Assembly: GCA_012295275.1 (NCBI GenBank)
Contig: CM022678.1
Span: 1,054,001-1,118,000 of the forward strand
Origin: Chrysomallon squamiferum
Lineage: Eukaryota; Animalia; Mollusca
Direction of reading: 5' to 3'
DNA: 64,000 nt
The notes under the pieces: model-generated
Told to the model about the DNA's origin: nothing
Databases searched by the model: none
What the model saw: the letters and a program-made list of their open reading frames with translations, nothing else
In this document: positions 14,546-28,812 of the stretch, piece after piece
Numbering within the stretch: position 1 is the first letter of the stretch
How the letters are laid out: the number at the start of each line of letters is the position of its first letter
Program-made: the position numbers and the translations under genes

Positions 14546-14970
14546 ATACAAAAACTATCAATGAAAACTTACCAATATGCACCCATGTTTGTTTTTTCCA
14601 AACTGCAGAATGTTCGTGCATCAGATATGAATATTTACCTCCACTGTATTCAACAGCTGAGTCATTCACAGTAAATTTGACAAGAAGGAGAACGTCAGAA
14701 GAACAAATATGGCAGACAAAAGGAATGATACAGAAGTGATGTCCACAAAATTTATTCACTCACTGTCATTGCCCACCTCTAAAACAACACTTTAACAATT
14801 CTGTCTTGGCCAGGTATAAGTCCCAGTTTCGTCTCCGACGTTGTTGGCAGCTTTATAAAGATCTGTAAATATTAAAGTATTCAACCATTAAAACCTTTAC
14901 ATGATGTTATTTTTTTACAAATAATTTCTTTATGTAATTAAAAGATGATTTGTTGAACATTAAATATCCA

Positions 14971-15029
<59 letters not shown>

Positions 15030-15959
15030 TCTCCTTCTTCTTCTTCCACTCAATAACCTTTGATGTCAAAGCGTTGTTTGGTCCAGCTCTGTAGTAAACA
15101 AGTTGTTAGTTAATTCTGAACAAATTACATAAAGACAATGTTTTTAATTCTCACTACGCCGTTAACATGGCTGAATCAGTTTCCGTTTCGTTTGGTCTCG
15201 TCTCATATGCAATCTTTTCAATTAACAAAAAGACTTTACAATTAACGGAAAGACTGTTCACATACATTTCCTTATTTAATGGATAGTCGTCGAAGTCGTT
15301 ATGGCCCGCGAAATCAACAACTTGTGTAAATGATCTTAAAATTGTGTCTACTTAGCGGGACAAGCTGAAATGTACCAGTAAGGATCTGTCGATGTCCCGG
15401 GACTCATTAATTGACGTTTTACCTGGTTGACCGTGTGCGCAGTCAAAAAGTAACAACGAGACGATACTGTACAGCAAATTAAGTTACATATTTATCAAGA
15501 TTCCTTTAATCTTTTTTTTTTTTTTTTTTTTTTTTTTTGGATGACACAAGATTGTTTATGTTAAAAGTAGATGGTCTTGTATACAAATATTTCTTTAAAT
15601 ATCATTATAAAATAAACATTTTGATGAAAATGGAATTCATCTTCAATGCCTCTAATGTCACACACACGCATACACACACACACACATGCACACGTACACA
15701 CACACTCACTCTCAAACCAACAACAACCCCCCACACACACACCAATGGGTCCACTAAGAAGGTTCGATCCTATGTGTCAAGTTACCCACCATAAAGGCTC
15801 TACCGATTCATGTCGCTGGTTACGTTAATGGTATTACAGTACTAGTAAATAAATAAATAAATAAATAAATAAATGTTCCATCTGATAATACAACATCAGT
15901 ATCACACAACAACTCCAAGTTCTTGTCAGTTGTGAAGATCAGTATTGTCTCCTCCTTCA

Positions 15960-16420
15960 ACTCTGTGTAGAAAAGGATATCCTCCCTTGGTGCGGGTCCT
16001 CTCTCCTTCTAAATTGATATCCTGTCTTGTCTGGAGTAGTCGGGATAGGGTGCTATGTCATTGTGAGTATAGTATCGTCTTAATGGCACTAAAATGTGGA
16101 ATCTCGGCTGACAAACCGTTAGGAACAAAGTGGTGTTTTTTCCTGAGATTGGAAATTTGATCGGAGTAAATCTTAGGAACTGGCGTTGTTTCCATTTTAG
16201 CTCGGTCCATGACTTTCGCCTTAAACACATCACCACGCTTAACAAATTACAGCGATGCATGGTTGTGCTGTATATGGTCTGCCATCTGGAGTATGTTGTC
16301 CACAGTCACAACGTAGTCTCTGCATTTCCTCTCCACACTTTCTATTCACTCGAAATTTGTGTTGGTTGTAATACAAATGTCGTCCGCCAATTAATGTGTC
16401 GATAAAAGTCACTCTAACTT
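15960..16420 (-). mobile_element. Decayed MULE (Mutator)/FLYWCH-type transposase fragment
   Basis: Broken frames give GGRHLYYNQHKFRVNRK, FKAKVMDRAKMETTPVPKIYSDQI and QTRQDINLEGERTRTKGGYPFL, resembling invertebrate FLYWCH-MULE transposases. Related tgtcgaNNtcccggg motifs flank it at ~15390 and ~16810. Confidence 0.55.
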
Positions 16421-17405
16421 GTGCACCTAGCATAATGTTAAACGTGAAATAGTTTTTCATTTTGATATGAAACTTTATATAGATTAAACCCTAAAAGAAC
16501 CAGTGTACAAGTGCCTGCTCAGTATAAGAGAAAGATAAATTTACAACCCAAAACAGTAAATTGGTAGAGCATAATACGAGCAAATAAACAATAAACAAAA
16601 ACACACAGGTACATACTCAGTTAGTGATAGCCTATTTACAAATTCTATCCAGGAGAGTAATCACATAATATTCTACTTCAGGGTTCTCATCTCGTTGTTA
16701 ACAAAAGAGGTGCCTCGTAACTGCAGCTCAGAATTTACAAACAATTAGATATGTCTACATCCTGGGACTTTTATTATTCTACGTCCCGGTCCTAAACAAA
16801 ATAGATTTGTCGACTTCCCGGGCCGACACCGTCGAAGTCTAGCGAGAAATCGTATTTTCATTATTTTGCTGGAGACTGACGTAGCATCATTCGCTCGCTC
16901 GTCAATCAACGGTAAATGTTCTGGGATCTGTGAACCTTTACTCTAAAAATATAGTGAAGACATAAAATGATTCCTGAACTCTGACTTCAGATAAACCAAC
17001 ATGGAATTTCTTTCAGTAGTTTTTCTTCAACTTTCACTTTATAGAATAAAAGATCATAAATCTTTAAACAACTCGGTCTTTTGTTTGCATACATCATCAT
17101 CATCATTATATTACTTTCAGTTAACTCTTTAGAGGATTCGAGTTCACACCGCCTGAAGTCCGAATTTGCTATGTTATGTCATGGCTTAGAACATGACCTT
17201 ACTAATATATATCTCTGTGTGTGTGTGTGTGTGTGTGTGCGGTTATACACAGATATAGATATTACTAAAGTCATGTTCTTTAGCCATGATATAACAATAG
17301 TAAATTTAAATATATACAGCATGTTCTACATTCAGCAAGCCAAGGCAGACATTCTTTGTTAACTTGTTTCATTTCCTGTCACAGCTCACATTACATTTAA
17401 TATAC

Positions 17406-20400
17406 ATTATATGACGTCACCGGGAGTGTGCGTTAGTTCTTGTTCGTAGACATTTTTGAAACAAATAAATATTTGGAAACTGAAATGAACTTTATGTTTT
17501 AATGATAAAACATAACAGCTGGCGACGAGGATGGGATAACACTTGTTCAACTGTTTCCTGAAATTAACTGTTTATGAAATATGGCTACCTACGGTAAAGT
17601 TGAAGAGTTTGATCTAGAAAGTTCCGATTGGGATGAATACATCGAACGTTTGGAACAGTATCAGTTGCCGAATGAATGTAAGTGAATTTTTGGCTGAATT
17701 AAGAAAACTGGCAGAACATTGTGAATTTGGTGCATTTTTGACTGAAGCATTAAGAGACATTTTGGTCTGTGGTCTGTCTGAAAAGTCAGTACAGAAAAAA
17801 ATTCTCTCTGAACATGACTTATCACTGAGGAAAGCCTTGCAAATAGCTGTTAGTATGGAAATGGCAGCTAGATAAACTGACAAGGTGAAAATAGGAATTA
17901 AGTCAGAAACAGAAAAGTTCCACAAAGTTTCTGTCATTGAATGCTTCCAGTGAAACTAATCATCATCCTGATGCATGTTTTTACAAAAAGGCAAACTGTT
18001 ATAACTGTAATGAAACAGGACATTTTAGTAGAAAATGTCGAAATCAAAAGAAAAAAATAGAAAGACAGGAAAGCAAACAGATGGAAAAAGGAAAAAAAAC
18101 AAATTTCCAAAGTTGAAAAAGAAAAATTCTAAACTTCATGTTCTGAATCAAGATTCTGATAGGGACCTTACGGAATCACAAAGTGGTACCAGTGATTCGG
18201 AAATTGAAAATGCTGAATCTGAAACAGGTTTAAAAATTCATGAAGAATCTGGAAGTAACACAACTGAATCAGAAATTATAAAAGCTGTTCTAGAAAATAA
18301 AGAGGTTGCATTGGAAAGAAATGACAGTGATTTTGAACAGTCAATTTTCACAGTGAAATCTACGAAAGCGAAAGAAATTCAAATTTCATTGGAACTCAGT
18401 GGTGTGCCATTCAAAGTGGAAGTAGATACAGGTCTTCTGTGTTGATGATTTCTAATAAGAGTTATCAGGAAAGATTGAAGAAAACAGTACCATTGAAATC
18501 AACATCGATTGTGTTGAAAACATACAGATGAAGTGGTGCCAGTCCTGGGGCAAATTGAGGTGATTGTTAAACATGGAAAGCAGAAAAAACTGTTACCTTT
18601 AATTGTGGTGAAAGGAAATGGACCAACTTTGTTTGGACGGAATTGGTTCCAAAACATTCAGTTGGACTGGAACCGTATTAAGATTATGAAAGCCTGTGGA
18701 AACCCTGAAAATTTGTTCAGTAGATATTAAATTTTTTCATATGAGTTGGGAACAGTAAATGACATAAGAGCTCATCTGAAAGTGAAACAGGATGCTACTC
18801 CAAAGTTTTTCAAGGCTAGACCAGTACCTTATGCTTTGAAGGAAAAGATAGCTGATGAACTTCACAGACTTGATGCAGAAGGAATAGTAGAAAAGGTGGA
18901 TTTTTCTGAATGGGCTTCTCCTATTGTACCTGTTTTAAAAACTGACAGTACCATTTGCATTTGTGGTGATTACAAGATTACCATAAATCCTGTGTTGGAA
19001 GTGCCCGAGTACCCTTTGCCCACTGCAGAAGACATTTTCAGCAAACTCAATGGAGGACAAAAGTTCTCCAAACTGGATTTGTCACATGGATACCAGCAAG
19101 TGTTGCTTGATGAAGAGTCGAGGAACTATGTCACAATCAGTACTCACCTTGGACTTTATCGCTATACAAGGTTGCCATTTGGAGTTGCTGCAGCGCCTGC
19201 TATTTTTCAACAAACTATTCACAAAGTGCTTCAAGGGCTAAAAGGTGTAGGTTTTATTTTTGATGACATCATAGTCACTGGAAAGGATGACACCGAACAC
19301 TTGAAACATTTGAAAAACACTTTGAAACGCCTAGAAAAATATGGAATTCAACCGAAAAGGTCCAAATGTGCATTGATGAAAGATGAAGTTGAGTACTTTG
19401 CATTTATTGTGAACAAAAATGGGATTCAACCTTTGAAAGAAAAGTTGAAGCTATTCTGAAAGTGCCTGAACATAAGAACAAGAGTGAGTTGCAATCTTGG
19501 TTAGGTATTGTGAATTATTATCGCAAGTTTGTACCCAACACGTCAACAGTGGTGGCACTGCTAACAGCGTTGTTAACCAAAGACTCGGAGTGGAAATGGA
19601 GTGATGATTGTCACCAAGCATTTTTCAAAGTGGGAAAACTGTTAGCATCATCTAAAATTCTTGTCCACTATGACCCGATGAAACCAGTAATGTTGGCAGT
19701 AGATGCATCTGCGCATGGTCTTGGAGTGGTAATATCACATGGAAATGAAGGATCAGATAGGCCAATAGCATACGCTTCTAGAACTCTGACATCAGCAGAA
19801 CGCAAGTATTCCCAGATTGAGAAAGAAGCATTGGCAATAATTTTTGGAATACACAAGTTCCATCAGTACCTGTATGGTAGAAGATTTACTTTGTTCACAG
19901 ATCATAAACCACTGACAATGATTTTTGGACATAAAAAGAATATTCCTGTTCTGACAGCCTGTCGACTACAGCGTTGGGCTATTCAGTTAGCTGGATATCA
20001 GTTTGACATTAAGAACAGAAAAACTACCAAAAATGGAAATGCTGATGCGTTGTCCCGACTACTACTTCTGCAAACTGAAGAAATTTCTGAAAATGTGTTT
20101 TGGCATGAAGACAAGCAAGCAATGAGAAATCAAGTCAATGGATTACCTATCACTGCAAGAAATATTGCGAAAGCAACTTAAGTTGACAAAGTGTTATCTC
20201 GGGTTGTACATTATAACATGTATGGATGGCCAGAAGAGTCTTCTATTTCACCTGAGCTGTTACCTTATTTCAGAGTGAAAGATGAATTAACCGTGGAGGA
20301 ACACTGTCTTCTCAGAGGAATGCGAGTGATTATTCCCGATAAATATCGAACAGATATTCTGTATTATCTTCATGAAAATCAAATAGGAATTGTGCGTATG

Positions 20401-21557
20401 AAATCTTTGGCTAGATTGGATTTGACCCACCAAACCATGGCAAACAATACATGTTGATTTTGCTGGACCATTCATGAAAGAAATGTTCATGATTGTGATG
20501 GATGCACATTCTAAATGGATCAAAGTTTTTCGAATGTCCAGTACCAGAGCAACGCATACAGTAGAGACATTGAGAAATCTCTTCGCAAGTTATGGAACGC
20601 CAGAGCAGTTGATTTCTGATAATGGACCTCAGTTTGTTGCAGAGGAATTTGAAACATTTCTTAAGAAAAATGAAGTGAAACACATCAAATCAGCTCCATA
20701 CCATCCAAGTTCAAATGGCGAGGCAGAAAGAGCTGTTCGTACTTTCAAAACTGCAATGAAAACAGTTGAGTCACGAACCATGAACCAGAAGATTTCATCA
20801 TTCTTGTTTGCGTATCGGAACAAAATGTAGTCCATCAGAATTGTTTCTTGGCAGACGTGTTCGAACGAGATTGGATATCTTGCGTCCAAGTTCGGAGAAC
20901 TCTGTTAAAAAGAGAACTATTCCAAAAGCAAATAAAACACGGGTGTTCAGTGTTGGAGATTCAGTACAAGTGAAGAACTACAGAAGATCTGACAAATGGT
21001 TGAGTGGAAAAGTATTGTGTCAGCTAGGGCCTGTTACCCACAGAGTGAAAGTTGGAGATTTTGTGTGTAAAAGACATGTGGATCAACTTCGTAAATGTGC
21101 GTATTCTGAGGATAATAGTATCACTTTCCCAGAACTGTCTGCAGTTGGTACTCAGTCTGAAATGGAATTTGTTGAACCAATGGACATACTTGATAAACTG
21201 TAATTGAAATATTATGGTGTCCAATGAAAAAAAAAAAAAAAAAAAAAAATTTGTTTTAAGTTCAAAGTTCAGTTGTTTAATTATTACTAATTAGTAAAGC
21301 ACACAAATTTATTTTAGAATTTTAGATATAAGATAATTTGTGGGTAAATTGAAAATTTTGAGGGGAGGAAGTGTTGTATCTAAATGGTGTTAGGGTTAAC
21401 ATTGTTACAGTTTACAATGTTTAGGGGAACCGGAATAAGACAGTATTATATGACGTCACCGGGAGCGTGCGTTAGTTCTTGTTCGTAGCCATTTTAGAAA
21501 CAAATAAATTGTTTGGAAACTGAAATGAACTTTATGTTTTAATGTTAAAACATAACA
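17406..21557 (+). mobile_element. Gypsy/Ty3 (Mag-like) LTR retrotransposon, near full length but defective: truncated 5' LTR 17406-17517, gag from 17581, pol, 3' LTR 21372-21557
   Basis: gag start MATYGKVEEFDLESSDWDEYIERLEQY, zinc knuckle CYNCNETGHFSRKC, PR-RT-RH-IN order, PPT gaggggaggaag, 186-bp LTR TGTTG...TAACA; internal deletions, stops and frameshifts. Confidence 0.95.
17520..17537 (+). other. Primer-binding site complementary to the 3' end of tRNA-Ser(GCT)
   Basis: tggcgacgaggatgggat, 2 nt after the LTR-terminal CA; its reverse complement is ATCCCATCCTCGTCGCCA. Confidence 0.8.
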
Positions 21558-21656
21558 GTTACGTGACTGACATGCAGATATTTCATGCTTAATCTAGTCT
21601 ATGTACTTCTAAGTGCAGTTCGTTCTAGGTCACGTGTTTATTTCTATATACCAATT

Positions 21657-21693
<37 letters not shown>

Positions 21694-21739
21694 CAAATTG
21701 GGAAGTGGAAAGAGGAAGAAATAAGACAAAATAACTCGA

Positions 21740-21770
<31 letters not shown>

Positions 21771-22335
21771 CATAATAATAATTATAATGATAATATAATT
21801 TTTTCTTTCCATAATAAGAGTCAAACCTGTTATATAATTTAAAATAAAAAAATTACACTGTGTACAAAAAACAACACACACCCTCAAACACTAAAAGAAT
21901 GGTAATTAGAAGCGAGATGACATGAATTGTTTATATTTCCTTTTACTATTGACAATTTCAGTTAATAAACAAAAATTGTGTTAATATGCTAATCAGGGCT
22001 AATGATTTTCTCCATGGTGCTTTGGCTACATCTGTGATAGTTTTAATGTATGTTGTTGAGTAAATGTTAGCGAGTATTAGAAAACATCCTAGATGTGGTG
22101 TGTAAGTCGCAGCTGAAATTCATAATCAAAAAGAAAACAAAAGAAAAAACGCTTTCTTTGTAATAAACTATAAAGCACACAAGCCACTCAAACAACTGAA
22201 AAATGATAATTAGAAGGGACATAACAGAAATCTTTCCACAATGGCATCATTTGTATTTGCTTTTGCAACCGATAATTTCAATTAATAAACAGGAACTTTC
22301 TTAATTTCCTCATCAAGAATAGCAAATTTATTATT

Positions 22336-22367
<32 letters not shown>

Positions 22368-23611
22368 TTATGATTATTATTATTATTATTATTCACTTCT
22401 TCGGAACACAAGTCTGACTTTTACGATATAAGTTTTAGCAATGTTAATGATATATACAGATAACAAACTATTTTTAAAAAAATCAGTAAATAAATAAATC
22501 ATCACACTTGTACATCAACACAAAAAAAATCAATTAAACCATTTATTATTATAACTGGCAAAATTTCATTTTCTATAATAAAATAATGAACATTTGCAAA
22601 ACAATAAAGTTAGTTTTTCCCTAATTCGTATCTACATTACAGTATATGATAATTATAGACACATATAATACGATGTTACACAAAAAAATGAAAAGAAGAA
22701 TCACATTCGCAATTCAACACTAAAACGTTCCATTAAATCGATTTATAATAAAATAATAAAGACTTGTAAAACAGTAGTCTGTTCTTTGCTAATTCATTTC
22801 TACATGACAAAACTCATGTTAAATATTTCAAGTACATGTCTAGATCACGTGACAATGATCTGATCTTAAACTAACGTGACATTGACTAGTGAGCTTGTTT
22901 ATTTTAAAATCTAACGACAAAGAAAGCTGAGTATTAATAATAAACTTTTCATTCTTAAACACTTACCAAGTCAGTAGATATTGTACTATTTATTTTTGAT
23001 TTAATTTCTTAATTCATCGCATTATTGTAATTTAATAAATAATTTCATTTAATGAAAACAAGAAATTTAACAATAAGTTAACTTGAATATTTCGTTACCG
23101 CTTGTCAAAAAATTATTTTAACAAAAAGATACTCTATGTTAAACAGTTAAAACAAATAATAATAATAACAATAATAATTATAATTATAAAAAAAAACCCA
23201 GATAAAACAAAAAGATAAATATCATGAACAAAATCAACTAATGAATATAACTGTAATAAGGAGTATCCACTGTAGCCATTTTAAATTTCAGCTCAGTTTT
23301 AGATTATAATTGAATCAAATCAGAATATAGAAATTAACCTGTTACTTTATTAACGCTGAAGATATTTTTGACCAATGATTTCTCATAATTATTCTACCTT
23401 TTTTGCAATTCCCGAATTTAGTGAAATAGACCTGTATCAGTATTTGAGGAAACTGATTTATTTCAATTTTCTCTTAATAAAGAAAGAGTTATTCCGTAGA
23501 CATGTTATTCCTCCATCGCCTATTTCATAAGACAACTGAACAAAGTGTACTTCGTCAACAGCGGTTTTACTTAAACACCGCTTCCATTATTGGAGGATTT
23601 TTTCTTTCGTC

Positions 23612-23684
<73 letters not shown>

Positions 23685-25079
23685 ATGAAGAAAAAAGGAA
23701 AAGAAATACAAAAATAAAATAAAAAATTAAATTAAATTTTAAACAAAATGGTGGCACGTAATTTAAGATTATATTGACACTTTCGGAGAAGCGCCTGTCC
23801 GGAAAATGCAAATATCCTGAAAATCGTGAATGCAAACATGAAACCTAAAATTAACGGAAATACAAAATTTCATTACAGATAGCAGCTACATAATACAGTA
23901 ACAAAGTAATGTAGTAGCAATGTACAGACATAATAACAATGTAAACAAATGTCATACACTACATGAAAAGAAAATTGTAGAATAGGCTGGGTGAAGTTTG
24001 CAAGGTAAGGATAGTGATGGGTACAGTTTTAACTTGATGGAAAGTGCGAGGAGACAACGTTACTGTCATCGTGGGTTACGGAAATAATGGCACTCGGAAG
24101 AAATGGCACTGTGCAGATTTGGAAAAATGGCACCTGAAAAATACTTTTTTATTGCTTATTGGCGTTTAGTTATTGGTAGTAGTTAAAGTCATCTTTATAG
24201 TGCATGAATAATATTTGAGAAAATTATTTAATGTGAGATGTTCATAATTAAACGTCAGTCAAAACAAATGTAAACCAAAGCTAACCCCTCTCTCTATATA
24301 TAAATATATATCGAAAACAAAAATAAAATAAACATTTTAAATTTGCTTCTTTTTCACATTCATAAGAATCTTTCGAAAGTAATTAAACAAACTACCTCGC
24401 ATCTACAAAATTCACATTCTATTATTATTTGATGATAATAAAAATACATAAATAAATGAAGAAAGAACAACAACAATAACATTCAATAACAAAATAGCTC
24501 TTGAAAGCAAAGAAATATCACGAAAACCAAAAGAAACAATATATTTATACAAAATAATCATTCAGTGTAATTTAAAGACCAATACATTCCACAAAATAAT
24601 TTTAATAAAAAATTAGAGTTTCACCTCGACTGTTTTTAATATTTACATCAACATCTTTTTTAATCAGTGCAGTCACAATTTCTGGCTGCTACATGTGTAA
24701 CAGAACTGTTGTCATTGTCTGTTAAATCAGGATCAGCTCCTTGTTTTAGTAAATATAATGGTATTTCTGGTATAATATAGAATACGGCTACAAAAATAGT
24801 TTTACCTTCACTGTTAACTACGATTATTTCAACCACCCCGCTTTTTGTTACTTTTTTCATCATATTTGTTAATTTGTGATGTCATGTGCAATGTTGAATT
24901 GTTTTGTTTAACAGTTATATCAGTATCAGCTCCATTTTCCAGTAACAACAAAGCTACTGCCTTTCTGTGTGTCACTGCTTTTACAGCTTCCTGAAGTGGA
25001 GTTTTTCTCTCAATGTTTACTGCATTAACATCAGCATTTTTCTCTATCAGTGATTTTATCATATCTAAGTCACCACGCA
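18143..25079. repeat. Segmental duplication copy 2 (continuous with flanking element and pseudogene sequence, so probably the source copy)
   Basis: Matches 6454-13389; here the Gypsy continues upstream and the ankyrin fragment continues past the breakpoint. Confidence 0.95.
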
Positions 25080-25408
25080 GAACTGCAATGTGGAGTAGTG
25101 AGTCTAAAGGCAACAATTTCAAACTAGGTTTACATAGAAGAAACAGTTTCAATCTAGTGTGTTCATCGGATCACAGTTTTAATCTAATTTCCTCTTCAAA
25201 CACTTGAATCAATTTCTGGTTAACATCTACATTCACATTAGGATCAGCTCCTTTATCAAGAAGACACTGAACAACATCTACACTGTTAAACATCACTGCT
25301 ACTTTTCTTCCAGTTGTTTTCATCTATATCATTACGTCTCTGGTCAATGAGAAAATTCTATGTGTCAGCAGATCCCCATATTGCTGCTGCTAAAAGTACT
25401 TGCTCTCC
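24615..25408 (-). pseudogene. Ankyrin-region pseudogene fragment of the nSTAND3-ANK family
   Basis: Homologous to ~400-1190 (KVLLAAAIWGS..AVMFNSVDVVQCLLDKGADPNV..LHIAVLRGDLD); deletions and frameshifts; no NTPase part. Confidence 0.88.
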
Positions 25409-25489
25409 TTAGATAAATCTATTCATGACTATTTGGTCTATCTGTTTATAGATAGATAGATAGATAGATAAAAAGATTGTATTTTTCAA

Positions 25490-26330
25490 ACTAGCAATAT
25501 GTATATTGTAAATGGAAGAGTTGGTAATGATAAAAATAATTGTAAAACTACTTGTAAGAGATTGTTCTAACATGAACAATTTAATACAACGGTGAACAAT
25601 ATCAATAATTTATTCGTGAACACCGCAGCAAACACATTTGGATGTACTTAAAAAAAACACAGAAGAAAATACACAGAAGCCAGAACATTTAACAATAGGA
25701 AAACACAAGAAAACAATGGAAAACAAAAAACGACTTATAAAGACTAGTAAACAGTACAAGAATGTAATATTAAAACATTTAAGAAGACATAATTTGAAGA
25801 TAGAACAGAAACTTACAGATCTTACAAATACGCCACGCGAACATTTCAGGAACGTAATCTACCTCCTTTAGAAACACTATATCAATACTTTACTGACGTA
25901 AACATCAGTGATGACAGCCTCCACAACATAAATTTACCACAGGCCTAGAAAGTAATAGTTTATTAGAATGTAAAATACTTACAGTTGTTACAATTATCAA
26001 GAACAACAAACCTTTTGATTTAGACAATATAATTAATGAATATATTAAGCAAACTGTTCCCTGTATGATACATGATTATTTGAAACTTTTATATTTTGTG
26101 TTTTAGAATTGATGATCAAAATAATCCAGAAAACAATAGATCTATTACTTTACTTAGTTGCCTCGGTAGACTCTTTACCGCTGAGATAAATAACTATGCT
26201 GTATCTTGAAACAAATGATATAATCTGGAATTCAAGCAGGTTTTAGGAAGGATTATTGTACACATGACAACATGTTTACACTATACGGTATAATCGAACT
26301 GATGAAAGGACGGAAGAAAAACTGTTTGTC
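25490..26330 (+). mobile_element. Decayed non-LTR (LINE) reverse-transcriptase fragment
   Basis: NPENNRSITLLSCLGRLFT..QAGFRKDYCTHDNMFTLYGIIELMK; paralogous to 29720-30690. Confidence 0.8.
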
Positions 26331-27426
26331 ATGCTTGTTTTGTTTTATATATATATATATATTTTTTTTCTTCAAATAATTATTGTATAGACTTTTTTTT
26401 TTTTTTTTTTTTCACATTTGAAAGAGATTATAGTTTTTACACAAATGTAAGGGATTATATAAGTTTGTGAAAGAGTCCAGACACTGTGCTGTTTTTCTTC
26501 TACACACAAAAGAGTTAACATCGTATTTATACGAACTAAAGATTAATAAATAGTTACATTTTCTTTTAATGAACACATGGCTAATACGAATCTTATGTGG
26601 CCTCGTCAAAAATAATTTTAATGAGAATAAATTCCACGTTGAAGTTCCAAATTGACAAAAAAAAAGAAAAAAAAACAACATATATATAATATATATATAT
26701 ATATAATTGTTATCATCAATTTGTTTTTTGTTTGTTTGTTTTATTTGTTTTGTTTTTTGTTTTTTGTTTAGTCAACAATTTGTTTTTATTATTTATTGAT
26801 TGATTGTTGTTGTAGTTGTTGTTTAGAAAGACCTCACCTTAACCATTTTACACTATATTTCAATATTAAATTATAATTATACCAAATCAATACATATGAA
26901 ATTAACTTTGGTTATTAAAGCTGACTAAACGTTCTCTACTGGAAATATTTTTAATCAGTGTCTACATGTTTTGAAACTTTTGAAATTTACATCAGTATCA
27001 ACATTTGACGAAACCAATTAATATTAATTCAGTATTTTTAAATAAACAGTTATTCCGTTGACATTTTAATCCTCTATCGAGATAAATTGACCCTTACTGG
27101 TGCCATTTTTATTCTTTGCTAAAACAGACATGACGCGCAAGGTAGAAAAGTTGGGCCACTGCGTCTGGAGACAAAACTGGTCTGACGTCAGGCCTGTTTC
27201 TGTCATACTTATATTAAATATACCAGACGATAACCCTTTTTGTTCGTGTGTTTATTGTTTTATAAATAAATAAATTAAATAAACAGAAATATTTTAACTT
27301 TATTTCGTCATAACTGTTTTCAAAATGAAAACTCAAATGAAAGCCGAGTTTCGGATGTCACATTCCGGGATCGCCATTGAAAATTTTAAACTGTAAGTTT
27401 TATATAAGCAATTAACAGTCACTATT

Positions 27427-27499
27427 AAAAACAATATAGTTTAAGTTTTGCCTACCTGTAGTAGAAATCACAGTAAAACAGGAATCTTGTCAACTAACG
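27427..27499 (-). promoter_or_regulatory. Putative non-coding first exon and donor (AG|GTAGG) in a CpG-richer patch; paralog of 52582-52652
   Basis: Reverse complement cgttagttgacaagattcctgttttactgtgatttctactacag|gtaggcaaaactta aligns with cgttagttgacaaatttcgagttttacttccttttctactgcag|gtagggaaaactta. Confidence 0.4.
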
Positions 27500-28812
27500 T
27501 CGTCTTCTCGTCTGTGAATTGTCTGCTTAGACACGTCAGTTGATATATTTGTAAGACGACGCGTCACCGTTACTCTGGTTCGTTGGTGACAATGTCTACA
27601 GCTTTACAAATCAGTTCTAAATATAACTATTATAAATATTGTTCTCCGACAGGCTTTTTTTTTTTTTTTTTTTCGATCTTTATTTATTTATATATTTATT
27701 TCATTTCATTTGAGTCTATATGTGTATGTGTGTGAGTGTGTAAATGTGAGCGTGTGTATATGTCTACATATCTAACATTACATACAAAAGGACTGTTGAT
27801 TTTCATTGTAATAAAATTCTCTAAAACCAGAAATAACAACACTGAATTTAATTTTGTTACAGGCAGCTTTAAGACAATCGCAGATATAAATTTTACAGGT
27901 CAATACATTTAAATCCCTTGTATTTATAAATCTGCGAAATAAAAGGTTCCACTGTAGAAAAAAATAAAAAATAAAAATAAAGTGAGCGATCCGTCCCATT
28001 ACGTAGTTCGTTTTCTTACTTTATAAATTATGAGAGATCTGCATGTTAGTCACGTGACTTTTATTATTGTTTTATGTCGAAAATTATAACAGGACATCCA
28101 AAAAGAAACTCACACTCTCGCAGACATACATATATTATACACATATACATACATATATATAAACATACAATGTACACAGATACCATATACACGCATACGT
28201 ACACACATATATATACATGCACACACACAAAACTCTTGAATACGTTATTTTAATTATCGTAAACAATTTTATTTAAAAAAACTTTTATCTATCTTCACTT
28301 TTTTATTATTATTTTATTTTATTTTATTTTATTAAGTCCCATTACAATTACCTGTAATTACCTGTGAATAAATGTCACAAGACTAACACGCAGATATCTC
28401 ATGTTTAAACTTGTCCATGTACTTCTAACTGCAGTTTGTTCTAGGTCACCCGTTTATTTCAATACAGTGTGTTACTCCTGTTAGCCTGTGACGTCACTGA
28501 ATGTTCTAATATATCACGTTTCTGAAAACTGTTTTCAATACGAAGTCAGAAAGCAACAGAGCGGGAGAGCGGGTTGAACTACACCAACGATTATAACAGA
28601 TAATAATATCGTGTTCAGAATGAAAACAAATGAAATAAACATTTTAAATTTACTTCTTTCTCTCATTCATCAGAATCTTTCAAAACTAATTAAACAAACT
28701 ACCTCACATCTACTAAATTCACCTTCTATTATTATTTGATGATAATAAAACAAATTAATTAATAAAGACGAAACAGAACAAGCAGAAAAATAAGAAGAAC
28801 AATAGCCAAATT

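Noticed and set aside
18746-20181. Reverse transcriptase as a diversity-generating or domesticated enzyme for the ankyrin arrays
   Set aside because: An ordinary, disabled Gypsy pol with LTR, PBS and PPT; no template/variable repeat pair or adenine-specific variation seen.
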